64,000 nucleotides of DNA from Bugula neritina (lineage: Eukaryota; Animalia; Bryozoa). Position 1 is the stretch's first letter; each line of letters starts with the position of its first letter. Below the pieces are notes generated by a model that was not told the origin of the DNA, ran no database searches, and saw only the letters and a list, made by a program, of their open reading frames with translations. The stretch is from positions 7,512,698 through 7,576,697 of the forward strand of contig OZ037765.1 in assembly GCA_964035545.1 (NCBI GenBank), read 5' to 3'. A program made the translations under genes and the position numbers. Positions 49,248 to 63,857 of the stretch are shown in pieces.

Positions 49248-52200
49248 ATGAAGGCTCTTCCACTTACAGTTCTCTTCTATCTGAGCACAAAGATATTTCA
49301 TAAAAGTTATGTTTCAGCCATAGATATTGATTCTGAATGTAAGCTGCTTATATACTAATTTCTTTTGTTTGTTATCTCCATTCTACAATGTCACTTGCTG
49401 TGTGGCTAAATTGTGTTATTCTATTTTCTGTAAATTAAAAACAATTCAAATTATTTATTATATTGTTCTAGTTGCCATGTATTGACTTGTGTTCTTAGTG
49501 GTAGCTTAAATGTTTTTTGTTTCTACTCATGATAGAGGCCATATGTTCACGAAGGAGAGTTCTAGAATTTCTTAGTGTTGGATAAACTCAGTTTATTTGT
49601 TATTTCATTTATTTACTCAGATTTTCTCAGCTAGCCTTAAGTTTACAATATGGGAGTTATGAAATGCTCAATAAATACAGTAATTGGGCAATAATTATAG
49701 ACAGAGCAAGACAATTCCAAGTTTATGTTTTTCTTAAATCATAAAGTTCACTGGAAATAACAAAATCCAGTATCTAGAATCGTAGTGGTAAATGTATGTG
49801 TTTGAGTAATCTATAACAACAAAAATGTGAGTAGAAATTGAAAGTTATCTAGGGAAAATTAATGTCAATAAGAATGATTGAAGAGATTGACAACCTTGTG
49901 TTTTCTTGATGCCGAACAACAACCTCTACATCTAAAAATGTCATGGACACAAGCTAATTACTAACACATATTTACTTGATCACTTGTTTTATTCATGTAG
50001 AGTTCAGTGTCCTTGCAAACTATAGTGATGGTCGTAGCATTCAATTTAATAGCATTTTAGGTTTCAAACAAAGCAGGCTAGAAAGTTTGTTTTTCAACCG
50101 CCAACTTCATTAATTATAATTATGCAAAAGATAAATTTCTAGGTGCTCACATGACATTGTATTGCGTTTAAAGTTAAAAACCTTAGCAAGTTTAAGGATT
50201 ATATGATGTTTTTTAAAGATAAAATGATTAAACCTGTACCATGAGTTTGTTGTTGAATTAATAAAACATTTTTATTCATATGACTGTATGGTAAATAGTG
50301 TTGATTGCTACCACACAACTAGAACAGTTGAAAACGAATTTTTCAGAGTAAATTTACCTTATAAGTTTTAGCTGCACAAAGTAAACATTCACTTAATTGG
50401 CATATCAAAACTTTATTTTAATGCATGATGAGCTACATTAACCCAGCAGTGAAAGTAGTGTAGCTTATTCATACTGTAATTAGAAGAGCAATAATGGCAT
50501 TAAAATTCTACACTTGCATGATTAAATTTATAATGATTTTTCATCGTTTCATTGAATGGTTTTTTGTGCTGACTTTAAATACATATAATAAAAAACTAGA
50601 AATAATTAATGCTATTGATATATCTGCAATATAAAAGGTCTTTAGAAGCAACAAAAGCCTACTAACACCATTATCTTATATATTATACCTCAGGGAAAAA
50701 ATTTCTTAGCTGTTGCATCTACTGTAGCTAGAACAGATCGGTCCTCTAGTATTTAGAGCTACATGTTCAACTAGCCATGGGCTTGCTGAAACTCTCTATG
50801 TATATTTTGTTTGCAGCACTTGGTAAACTCACCAACAGCTACACTGCTAGGGTGACAACTTGTGTTCTTGGCAGAGATGTGGTACTTTCCTGTAGACTAG
50901 ATTACAGTGGAACTAATGTGAGTCATTGTTTACTTTACTTATATTGATAAATATTGCAATACTTTGCTTATGTTATTAAATATTATAATATTTTGCTTTG
51001 AATTGTCATAAGTAATATTTTATTTTGCACATTCAGCTTTTCTTTTCAATTTCACAAAATATGAAAGCTTTTCTCTTCTTTAGAAATCTTTAAACATGAA
51101 GCAGATATTTGTTTCTGCATGTTTAAAGTCATATTAATATATAAAGTATAATAATTGTATAAAATAGAGGCACTATGAAACATGTAATAAACAAACCCAA
51201 TTATAGTCAAAACAAATATGTTGCCAGCACTTGTTTTGTACATGATATTTAGAGCTTTCTTTTAAATCATGAATAAGGTTTATCTGGTTGTCCACACGGT
51301 AATATACACAGTAATTACAGTAAGTAGAATCTATAGAAATAGACTCTATTTTGCCATCTTAGTAAGAAATTCTGTATTGTATACATGATATAGTTGCAGA
51401 TATTTATTACAGGAATTTTTTTGAAACAGTTGCATGATAGCAACAATGGGTTTTAAATATCAATCACTATAGTTGAATTTGGATTAATAGCTTGTCAATA
51501 CGTATCAATTTAAAATACAAAAAGTCAATAATAATCAAATCGCATCAATGAAGTCCAGTTAGAATTGCCCTTTCTAATAAACTAACTATGGGATGTATTT
51601 ATACTATATATTTAAAGTTATTTGTATTGCATGCTTTGAATAGTGACTACATATTGTTATTTTTTGTAGATGGTTTGGATGGATGAATTCGACAATGTCC
51701 TTTACTACAATGAGAACCATGTGATAGATGATATCCGGTTTGAATTATCCCACAGCGGTAATAAATGGGATTTGATAATTCGAAATGTCACTCGAAGAGA
51801 TGCTGGCGAATATAGATGCTTCTCGAATGCTCAGCCTCTTCAGCTACACTACTACTACGACCTTGTGGTATTGGGTAGGAAATACTAGTCAGATACATGT
51901 GACAGCACCTTAAGTCATAAACTTTCATTAATTTCTAGAGCTTGTTCTACACTTTACAGTGATATAGCTGGCCATTCTCTCTTTATTTAATATAACTTTG
52001 GCTACATGTTATTTTGCTGCAGTATCAATTATTTGGTCTATAGCATAGTAATAGTTTTCTACTTTTCAGCATTTTCTCATTTAACTATAAGTTAATGAAA
52101 CTAATTGAGCATGCATGATGTTTTTCAAGCTGTAGAAATACATTTTTCAGCCCAAGGGAAAAAAATGTTTAAAAGCGTCTTTAAGAAATATTTCAATTTT

Positions 52201-55200
52201 AAATCTTACTATTGCAAGCAAGGGATTTCTTTGCCACCTCCCTTTATGCTGAACTCATTTTTTGGTGCCCACATCTTTTTGCTAAGCACACTCAATGCAT
52301 TTTAAGCTTTCTAATGGTATGAAGGAGTGCTAATTGATAAAATATCTTTATCATTGAAGAGCCTGCTAGGATAGACAGAGTTCTTTCCAGTAAAGATATT
52401 TCAGTTGATGAACGAATGAACGTCTCGCTGGTTTGCAATGCTACTGGAAATCCTCAGCCTAACGTCACCTGGACATATCATAGGATTGGCGACCCGATAT
52501 CTGAAAAAAGAGGTTCTTTTATCAAAATAGTGTTCATTAATTTAGCAAAAGGCTTACTTATAGGATACAAATATTTCTAACTTGATAACAAAATTTAAAA
52601 TATAAATTTTCAACACTTTTCAAGCAGCAGTGGCTTTCAACTTGCTACAATTTGCTGTAGCAACAAAGTATGCACAACTTGTGTTATACAATCTGTTGTA
52701 GTTTGGTACTAGAATTTATTTCGGTACAAACTACCATTGGCTATTCAAGTGCATATTTTAAATGCATTGGACTCACAAATTACTGTAACATGCAGTTATC
52801 TTGGAGAAATAAACTTTGAAGTAAAGAAATATATTATTGAATGAAATATAGCTGTAAACAAAGCACGTTGTTACAAACTACAATACTGAAGAAGATTTAT
52901 TAGTCAGAAAAAGCAAGCTAATATGTTTTAATATTTACCTTATAATCTAAACAATACTATATATGATAGTAAATTATATTTATATAACTTATTACTGTAT
53001 TTTTCTCTCAACAGTATTAGATACCAAGGGTGAGGTGTTGACGGCATACAATACCACAAGGCTGTACGACTATATTTATACATGCAAAGCCTTTAATGGT
53101 ATAGGCAAGGCAGATATACACTCTATCACAGTTAGAGTAAGATGTAAGTGATGTCTAATTACTGTAACTTTTTAAAAACACTTTTAAATTATCAGTCATT
53201 ATATATTTCACTTTGTGCAACATAGCAATTATATTAGATCAACAGCAATATTATCTTTCATTTCGGGCACATTTTCGCCTGTGCCTTAGTGTTTAGGCTT
53301 TAGCTCTAATGAACTTCCTAGACTTAACCTTTCAATTCCTTTTGTAGTCAAACCGTCAATCACACTGCCAAACTCTGAGATCTACCAGGACCCTGGCCGT
53401 GCAACAGAACTCACTTGCATCATCAGTGCTTATCCGTTGGGCGACATGTACTGGTCAAAAAACGGAGTAATAATCCCACACAAGTCTTATGGGGGAAAAT
53501 TCAGATATGAAAACACTGTAAGCAATGTTATTGTTTTGATTGCAACATTCACATGCATCATAAAATATTGTACAGAAGGTATGAAATACTGGCTTCCTTC
53601 CCTTGGGGTGCTATTGCCACTAACAAGCATCACTAATGTTATTATGCTACCTATTTATATCTTTTGATAGCCCAGGTCCCTGTTAGAGTTTTGTATGACC
53701 TCACAAATATTGTACCCTATAAGCTATTGCTTGATAAACCTCATTTCATCACAATATTATTGTCACCAGTTTAGAACTTGTTCAATATGCACAGTGTGAG
53801 TGTGGAGATTGGAGATCTACTGTTGGCTTAGTAGAATCTATACTCAAAGTATTACACAGCTCATTGCCAGTATGTAGGACTTATGTTAGTGGAGTCAACA
53901 TAATCATTGAGTCTATAAACTGAAGGGCGAACGAAGCTGTAGCTGATTACCACTAAGAGTGCAATAATAATTTCACTTTGCTTCTAAGAACATGTAGAGT
54001 CAACAAACAATATCAATGCAAACGTAGCCTTGCTCCTTGGCATAGCATCTCTACATTCTTGGACATTTTTCCAAGCATCCTAATTGCTCAACCAGATGAA
54101 TAAATGTGTTGATTAGTAAAATACTACACCAATGAAGTGTTCTAATTATTAATTTTTCTTTCTTTATCTAAATTCAAAAACTTGTTTATTAACTTTCGTT
54201 TCAAATTACAATATAGTCATCATTCAAGGTGTTTAGCTAATGTAAGCATAAGCAGAGCTAAAATTTATGCCTGTTATAAAATAGCTTTAAACTGTTGTTA
54301 CTTGTGAATTGAAATACAATGCTTATTATATAGAACACATGTACATATACATACACCTGCAGGTATTTGTTATAAGGTGCTACGGTTTGAAATTGTCTTT
54401 TTAAAAAATATTTTCAACAATTTATGTAGACAGAAAATGCTACGACACACACGATGAGTCTCCATATAAAAGACATCAACAGTAACGACTATGGCAGTTA
54501 CAAATGTGTTGCGTCTAACAACATTGGATACAGCACCAAGTTCATGGCTCTTGGTAAGATAATATCAAACCAATAAGCTAACATTAGTTATAAATGTTAT
54601 TACACGGTTTTGAATAATCTGTAAGAATACGTTAGGTGTATAGAATCTATGATCGTAGCTAAAACGTTCATGTTTTCCTGATTAGATTAGTTCATTTTGT
54701 GGAAGTTTTTACTAAAATTTCACTGGTTGGCCTAAGTTTTTAAATATTTAACTAAAAACAAGGAAGTCAACTTGCTTATACATGCAGCTGTACCCCTGAT
54801 TAAACTTCACTAGCCAATATTTTTGGCAAAATTCTTTAACAACTCATATACCACTTAAAAATATAATTTATTAAAAAGTAGTTCAGGTTTTAAGTGAGCA
54901 ATTTTATTAATCTCTGTAGTATGTTTAAGAAATATTTGCACTTTTAGAAAGTAAAGCTGCCCTAAACTCACTTCTGACCATAGTGTATGACTATGAGCCA
55001 ACAGCATTCTCTAGAAGAACCCTCAAACCAAATACACCAACAAGTATAAATATCAACGGTAAGTTTGGAAATGTAATTGCCGCACAGAATAATGAAAACT
55101 AAATTAGTAAAACCAATGTAAGCAAGTGTTTTACACAAAAAAGATATTTGGACAAATGTCTAAACACAGTAGGCCAGTTTTATAGCTACATTTTAATAAT

Positions 55201-55458
55201 ATTTCTGCTTTGCAAATAAGCCAATCTTTTGTTTTTTGACCTGAGTTCATTCTTAATTTTTTTTAATTCACTTGAAGCATGTGCCCACTCTCAGATCATT
55301 ACTTTTAACACTCTTTTTTAGATTTGCCTTCTCAAACTTTAGTACCTCCAAAGCCGCCTCTACTAACAAAACGGAGTAACTCAGCCACGGCCTGTAAAGT
55401 CTACAGAGATAGTTCTGTTGTTTGGCTGCTGATGTTTGCTTTTCTCTACATTTTGTAA
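49248..55458 (+). CDS. Lachesin/IgLON/DIP-like cell-adhesion protein: signal peptide, three Ig domains, GPI-anchor signal
   Basis: Exons approx. 49248-49338, 50817-50917 (or from ATG 50777), 51670-51874, 52360-52512, 53014-53143, 53348-53517, 54430-54553, 54948-55058, 55322-55458. Ig1 GRDVVLSC..VW..WDLIIRNVTRRDAGEYRC; Ig2 NVSLVCNATGNPQPNVTW..YTCKAFNGIG; Ig3 ELTCIISAYP..YWSKNG..MSLHIKDINSNDYGSYKCVASNNIG; tail SNSA..VVWLLMFAFLYIL-stop. Confidence 0.9.
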
Positions 55459-56080
55459 GGCTATGCTTGCATGAGAGTATTGATTGATACACAAGACTAA
55501 AAAGCAATAAGTTATTTACTTCAAACAGTTTAGCCTATAATATAAATACAACTTGTATTTTATTGAGAGTTGTGTAACCTTTTTGTGAGAACCCAAAATT
55601 TTAGCACTCATTGGTTGCAGCACATAATATAAATGCTATATAATAGTCCCTTATCCTAAATTCTATATTTTATATCCAATATCATTTACATATAAGAATC
55701 TATTTTTCTTGAGTATAATAATTATTTGGAATATTAATTCATATAGTTGTAATAGAATTTAGCATTTATGCTATGTTATTTATTTTATGCCATTTGTTGT
55801 TTGACAAAACAAAATGTTAATTAATACAGAGTCTTATAACTATTAGTTTATTAAAATGTTCTGCTACACAATGGCATATTATAGCATTATAACTACTCAT
55901 TTAATATTATTATGTATTTTTCAGTTTATTATTTAATATTGTATGTATATGCACTTTCCAAGTTTATTACTAAATGTTATTTATTCAAACCCTAAGAGTA
56001 AGAATTGGGTTCTGGCTCTCTATAATATAATAATATAATGTACTACTTAAATGTAATTTGCCAAATAGTAACGAATATAC

Positions 56081-56156
56081 CAGGGGTGGGCAACTGAGGG
56101 CCCCAGGACCACTCATGGCCCTTTATTCATTTGTCAGTTGAAGTTGCTCCCCCCTG
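56081..56156. mobile_element. 76-bp hAT (Charlie-like) MITE
   Basis: TIRs caggggtgggcaac / gttgctcccccctg; 8-bp flanks gaatatac and gtatatac (7/8 identical, TSD-like). Confidence 0.75.
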
Positions 56157-58404
56157 GTATATACACATGCAAAATATATCATCATGCCCTTTGCCGCATG
56201 CAGTGGACTTGTTTATTTTATTGACAACTACAATGACTGCGCTGTACTATTGCCTTATATAGTGTAAGTTCAGGAAAATTATATTATATACTCATATATA
56301 CATTGCTAGTTGTATTACAGACTTTATTTACACCATATGTTTGAGAACTCAAGTGGCAGTTATATCAATGCTACTTGTAAACAAAGAGTATATAGCATTT
56401 TGATAGCAAAACTTATGTTCCGTTATATAGTTAGACTAAATAAAAATGGTAAAGTTTTTAGTAGTTTACAGAATACAAAAAAAGCTCTATCAGCAGTTAA
56501 TATTTTAATCCATAATAAATAATTATGTTGTTATTCTATATTTTTGAAACATAATGTAATTAAACTATTTTAAGTGTGAAATACATAGCTAAACCAGCAC
56601 ACTTTGATTTGCCAAAAAACTAGAATATTTTTGAATTTTGTAAATTATATAAATTATCTTCTGTTCTGTGTATATTCAATATGATATGGTGTGCGTGGTG
56701 TGTGTGTGCGTGTGTATGTGTGTGTATGGTTGATATGCTTAGTTGAAATGTAGTAGCATAAAACACCCATACTATGGCTATGCATGTAACTATTTAGCAC
56801 GGGGTCTACTCTTTAACCATGAAGATAATAGTATACATGTACACAACACACAATAGGCCTATACATTACAATATGGTAGCAGATAGTAGAGATTTATGAT
56901 GCATGAGTAGAGTCCACCATTATACTCAGGTCTACAGCTTGCACACTGGCCTTCCTTTTCTGCTTTGTTTTAGCTGGAATAAAAGTGTCAAAAATAATGA
57001 GCTTGTGTTGCTCAAGTTTTTATTGAAGTAATAATCAACTTCTAGCATATACTGCAGCCATCTATACACCCTATAGATTATAGTTCTAGAAGTTTATAAT
57101 TACATGTATTTTTATAATCTCTTGCTGCGCTAACAGAGACCTAATATGGAAGGTATTTTGTAATTACTACAATAACAATGAAAAAGCTATTGAAGAGTTA
57201 AGGAGTTATCTACTCGAGCTCAAAACAGAATGATGACACAATAATATTGTAAGAGCAGTAAAATTGAAGTTAATTTTGTATGTGCCCTACATCTTATAAA
57301 AAACATGAGAGCTAGCATATGACTTCTACAATAACTTTTGAACTTAAATATATTCTTATATATTATTTGTTTGTGAAGATCTTGCAGTAAAATTCAATCA
57401 AGCTGTATACTATTTTTGTCTAGGTTATATACTTAGAGTTTACTACAGTAAGTATGATTTTATTGCTGATAATTACAAATATATCAGCAATAAACAAGTC
57501 TTGAACAAAAGTGAATGTTTGTTCACATGAAATACATAAAGTTGATCTCAAAAAGTGAAGAACTCTACAATTATAACTACAATGTTGGTGAAATCATACT
57601 ATCGGCACCACACTTGTCTCTTTCTTATAAAAAAATAGAATTTCTAGAAGAAAATTATAGAAGTTTACTGCATATCTGTTTTATCAATGGCTATGTGTTG
57701 CCAATTCTATTAATAGATTTCAAATAGCTTTTATAAGCAATATATAAATGTTTAATTCATAAGTTGTGTTCTCTATTATGACCTCCTTCCGGATGTATTA
57801 CTGAGTAGGTACAATAAAATATACTGCAGACTACATGCTGCATCTGCTGACACAGCTCAGGGCCATCTGGGGTTTCTGGCCCCTCGGCAGCATGGCTCAA
57901 TAGCAGAACAATTATTATGGCATGCTAAGTGCCCTCACTTATGTCAGCATAGCAATCATAATACACAGTGCATTATACGAACTTTTGCTAATGACAGTTG
58001 GTAGGAATACTAGAATGGCAAATGTGTATACTTAGAGTCAATGATGAATCTTTTTTCTATCAGTATTGTCTATACGTGACAATTTCTAAAGTCATCCTCG
58101 GGTCATCGGATATCCCTGGTGTAATGAATGAATTCAGTGCCAGCATAATGAAAAAGGTTAATACACGGCAATAAAGCACTGGTTAGTGTATAACATGCGG
58201 CAAACTGAGATTGAGTTTTTTATTTTCCTTGTTTATATCTTATATAAAGTCATCATCTGGTTTCAAAGAAGAAGACATTTTATTTATAGAAACAAAAGCC
58301 TGCAGGCGAACGGCAAATTGTTTAACTCAAATATCATTATAGGTAGTAAATTTCCTACTCTTTGTGTGGTAGGTGACTCCCATAGTGAATTTTCACTCAT
58401 ATAG

Positions 58405-58600
58405 ATGCGTGCGTGCGCATGTGTGCGTGTGGTGTGTGTGCGTGTGTGCGTGTGTGCGTGTGTGCGTGTGTGCGTGTGGTGTGTGTGTTTGTGTGTGCGT
58501 GTGGTGTGTGTGTGTGTGTGTGTGCGTGTGTGTGTGCATGGTGTGTGTGTGTGCGTGTGTGCGTGTGTGTGTGTGTGTGTTTGTGTGTGCGTGTGTGTGT
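58405..58600. repeat. (GT)n/(GC)-interrupted compound microsatellite
   Basis: gtgtgcgtgtgtgcgtgtggtgtgtg...; source of spurious Cys-Val and His-Thr ORFs. Confidence 0.95.
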
Positions 58601-61600
58601 ATCTTTTTTCTTTAGGGAAGTAACTCCTAAATTTACCAAATGATATCCAGAGCTGTTACCTTTGCTGCGGAAGTGCATCTTTCAATAACACTATAAATTA
58701 TCTTTTCTGTTTAAAAATCAAATTATTCAAATAACACAATTATACTCAGAAAATTAACAACAATACTTTGTGAAACTATATACCAAATATAGACTAACAG
58801 AAAGGCTACCAAATGCACTACTGCATATACCAGATCTTGTAACTAAATGGCAGCTTGGTATTATACCTGTTATACTATGAAAAGACACCTATTGTGTTGT
58901 GTTTTATATATTATTTTAAAGAATCACAATATGGTGCTCTTGCTAAAAAATAAAGAGTGTTTCAAATTAGCTTTACTCCGATACCATATGTAATGTATTT
59001 CACAGTAAACCACTGATTCACTCAAGTTATTTTTAGATAGTGTTTTACCAGAAAAACCTATGATTGTCTTAATAAAAGTTTGGTGAAACCAATTCTAGCC
59101 TTAGTTTCGTTTCTGTAAATTTGTCACAAAACCAAAACTTACATTTTTTGTCCGAACTATTTGTTTTAACCTCACTAACCCAATCCACACTTTATACATG
59201 TAACTGTTTTGCTACACTAGGAATTGTTCTATTTCACAACTTGAGGGCGAATGAACTTGGATTGAAAAAGAAATTGCATGCTATATTGGAAAGTGGCGAG
59301 TTTCTTTTTCTGAACAGATGTAACCATGCAGATGATTTTCTTTTTCCTAATAAAAACCTGGTAAGTGCAAAAAGCTGTTTTGAAACTTGAGCAGAAATTT
59401 GTTATGAAGCAAAACATATAATTTGCATTGTTTTGTATTCTTGTAATAACGTTAGGTCATGCAGTGTTTTAAGGATCATATAATGGTGTAGCTATTGACT
59501 TTCACAACAACTATACATGTTAACTATACAGTAGTGTACGTGACATGAAATAATATGCATTTCAAAAGATACATGATGAAATTTCTTTTAAGAACTGCGT
59601 TTCATTAAATGGAGGACTAAGAATTCTTGCATGTTGTTAGTCTAATAAACATTAAAATATTAGTAATTAATAAACATATTACAACTTTGAATGCTGTAAA
59701 ATATGTTAGTTTCTTTGCGCTACAGCTAGCAGGTATAATCAAATAGGCGTCATGCTCTCAGAAACTTGCTTGTTGTAAAAACAGTAAAGCTAAAAGTATA
59801 TTACACAAAGTTACTGCATTTTAATGATAATTTACAATATCACAAATTAATATATAAGCTAAACATTGTTATATTTTAGGGTAATGTATATAATAAGTAT
59901 CACATAATAAAAATAAGTAATAATACAAGTAAGTAATAAGTATATAATAAGCATCACATCCGAGGCATGCTAAAGAGAATGAGTAATAGGATGTGACCAA
60001 AGCAGATAGCAGCATATGTATGTATATCCTGTTGTAGCAAGGCTAAAGCTGTTGAAGCAGATACTTTAGATTGTATAATACAGAAAGGCAATTCTATTCT
60101 TAAGTTCGGCTGCTCAACCACAAAGTGCTTAATTTCTAAAAGAAGTTAGAATTTCATAATATTAACTCAATTTAAAATTATGAGAAAAAAATTATGTTGG
60201 TTATTTATGCTCTTGAATGATGAGGTACTTGGAAAAATTATTATTCATTTTGAAAAATATTTATTTCGCCTTTATTATTTGCCAGATTATGGTTATTTGT
60301 AGCCCATGAAACTATCCACAGACTACATACAACAGTCTAAACTTGATGAGAAGACAGACAGGGCATCATGATAAAGCATGGCTGCCATACTTTAGGTAGT
60401 TAGTTTACTACTTAATGGATGATAGCCGTACAGTCAGCATATATTTGTGTCTCGATATAGCCTAAGTTTCAATCGATCTCCACAGAGACTAACCCCCAAG
60501 ATAGCTCTACTCTGAAATCATACTACACTGTATTACCATCATTCATTGTTCGCTCAATCAATCTCACCATTGTTCACTCACGTAACTACATTCCGGTGTT
60601 TCAGCATGAACGACTATTCGACTATTTCTCACCGGGTCATCCCAGTCCATATACTTTTTGCCTGCATAGAGCAACATTTGAGCTAATTTTAATTTGAAAT
60701 TGTTTATGTCTATTGGAGCAGTATTATGTAAGTGTGGAAATGTAAAAAATCATTATTATCACCATGTTTTCACTAGTCAGTTTCTATTGTTGCTGCCTTG
60801 GCTGCCGCTACTAGTATATTATTAATAATATTGTTTGCAGGTAATGAAAGGCATATTTCTAATTATTATTCCACTTTGCTCTGTTCATAAATTAAGCAGA
60901 CTGCTATTCATTGAGGAATATACTATAGAAGGAACCACTCTGCTATATTTAGTAGATGCAACTGTATTACACCTCTTTGTAAACCATGTCAACTGCAGTG
61001 AGAGAAACTTTATAGAATAAGTAAATACAGGAAATACAGGAATCTTTATACAAATTATACTTTATCGTACTTGACTTTGCTACATCATCATTCGCTGAAG
61101 CAGAGAGCTACTGTAGGTTAGAAAACAAGATTAGAACAGCTAGTTTCATCAAGTGAAATGCTAGAGATGTGTCGGATTACTCTGGCTGGAGTCCTGCTAG
61201 TTCTCTCTTACCCATTCCATTCTGTTTATGGTGAGTATAATTGTAAATAACAAACATGTTTATATTGAACCTTATGATCGAGTTTACAGCAGTAGAAATA
61301 TTAAAATATTTAAGCAATAATTTCTTATAGTATAGAACAAAGCTGTAGGTAAAGCAAAAACATACATTATCCATCATTTCAGGTGATCATAAACTTGCCT
61401 GTAGCAACTTTGAATCGCTATTTGTTATATGATATGTGTTTCCAGTGTAGTCTAAAATACTAACGCTCAATTTTTACTTGCTTATATGCATTCATTGACC
61501 GAGTTTTCAATTATTTAGAGGTAAATATTTACTGGTATACCATACTACATACTTATAATTACGCTGATCAAGAAGGGTAATTTATTGGTATAAAAGTATA

Positions 61601-63857
61601 ACAGCCAGTGATGCAATTGCGGAGATAAGCAAGAAATAAGAATCCAAACATTTATTAATATATTTGTTAAGGAGAGTACTTTGTTGAAGTTAGTGGTGAT
61701 ATTATAGCATCACTATAAGAAAGTTAGCCTACCTGTCCTAAGTGTTAGTGGTTACCTGCAAGAGGGCTCTCCACTCTAGTTGATAAGGCACCACATGCTA
61801 AGTGTTGTTAGATTAACATATCATTTATTTATTTCTAATTTTATTATAAAATACAGATATAGAGTAGAGGGAAAATTCAGTGTTAAATTAAAAAAAACTT
61901 TTGTCTGTTGTTAGAGGGAAGGAAATATGAAAGTTAATTGCTTGCTTATTACCTTGCTGTAAAAGCAACATATATAATTCAGATCCAAGTAGGTGCCTGC
62001 TATAGTTAGAGCTTGTGATAGTAAAGTTGTAAAGCTGTGATAGCTTTATTATCCTGTGTACAGTCTGCAGGGTGGGCCTTTTAACTGTCCGACAATAAGC
62101 AGGCAACTCCCAATTAATATGAAATAAAAGTATTCTAATTTTAGATTCTTGATTTGAAAAATCAGCTGTAATAAAAGTTAGCGTTTGTAAATCTGAGTTG
62201 AAATTTTGCAGAGTTTTCTAAATAAGAAAAATATTAAATATAATAAATATAAAAACTCGTTAACTGTTGTCACTAGTATATAGCTGTAATGTGCACTTGG
62301 TGATACCTGATAACCGATTTTAAAATTAAGAGCTTCTCAATTGACTTAGCATTGCATCATCAACACAATAATAAAAAACTAAATTGAGGCTCTTGGCATA
62401 TATTTGTATACTAGCTGTTGACAATATAGTATTGAACAGTAGACACCTCAGGGAAATGAAATTAAGACTGAATTTGTAGCGACAAAGATTCCTCTGGGAG
62501 TGTATATAGCATGATATACTTGTAAACTATTTCCATTCTCATACCTTTACTATTAACCATGACCAAGTTACATCATGTTTAATAATTATATGTTTCGGAA
62601 ATCTTTTTCGTTGAAGATTTCTTGCTTCAAAGTGCTAATACTTTTACATCTAAAACATCAAAGTGTATCAAATGTTCATTTCAACTTTGTTTCGATAGAT
62701 ATAATACAATACATACAGTATATAAGTATGGTTAAGATATTATATTTTCATTAAGTTCAGCAGAAATTCATGTCTTTCTCACAAGCGCATTATTCTCACG
62801 CATCAACAGATCTTTGTTTAAACTCCCAGCTAATAAATAAATCATATTACAGTGAAATCATTGCCCTTTCTATATGCATATACACTTAAATGTGATACTT
62901 CAATACTGAAATGTGAAAGTATACACTCTCTATGCGTTGTCACTACAATATTTAAATTTAGATAATGCTTATTCTCATTTGAAAACTGCTATATTATATA
63001 AGTATGTGCATAATTTATGATACTTAGAATAAAGTATTACACATAAAGACATGGGAATAATGGAAATAGCCTAACTTAGAAAAATTGTATCCTTTACCAG
63101 CCATCTTAGCTGCCAACACTGACAAAACATCTTTGAAGAAAGAAAATAATAAAAGCACTTTTACACAATGTAGCAGCTTGGATAACTTAGAGTGACTTTT
63201 CCTAATCAATAAAACTACCAATCTCAGTTTGCTTATTAAAAGTGGAATTTGTTCAATGAATTGTACAATCACATATACTGGATGGTGGTATAATATGGGG
63301 AAATTCCATTTTGCCACCTTTTTAAGAGGTGGACTCTCATTAGCCCTTTAATATTGTTATTATATTAATAAGATGTGATGTACACACTGATGGCGTTTAT
63401 TAGAGGAGCAGAATGAGAATTTCTTTTAGCTTTAATAGTTAATTGAAAATCGAAGGATCTGAAAATTTTGTAAACGAGAAATTAATGATACACAATTTTG
63501 TGTATATAATAATTACAGAATACATACACTAATCCATGTAAACAACGAATTAGCCCTGGGGTATAGAATGAACATTACATATAAATTATGATGCACACTG
63601 AAGCTGGTTTCACTCAAGCTAACCATCAGAGCTCATTGGAACTAATAAATTAGCAAGTTGGCGGTTACTATTTCCACTCCAGCTTTATATATTTTTCAAA
63701 TTCATTTTCTAACTTTATTGTAAACATTTGTGAATGATATTGCTGTACTTCTCTAACCTCATCGGCAATAAAATAATAGTATATGCGTATGTAGCTGATC
63801 AATGACTAAAAACATTGAACTTGCAGTTGTTTAGATATAGCAATATATTATTCTAAG

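Noticed and set aside
58373-58678. Cys-Val and His-Thr repeat ORFs
   Set aside because: Translation of the (GT)n microsatellite
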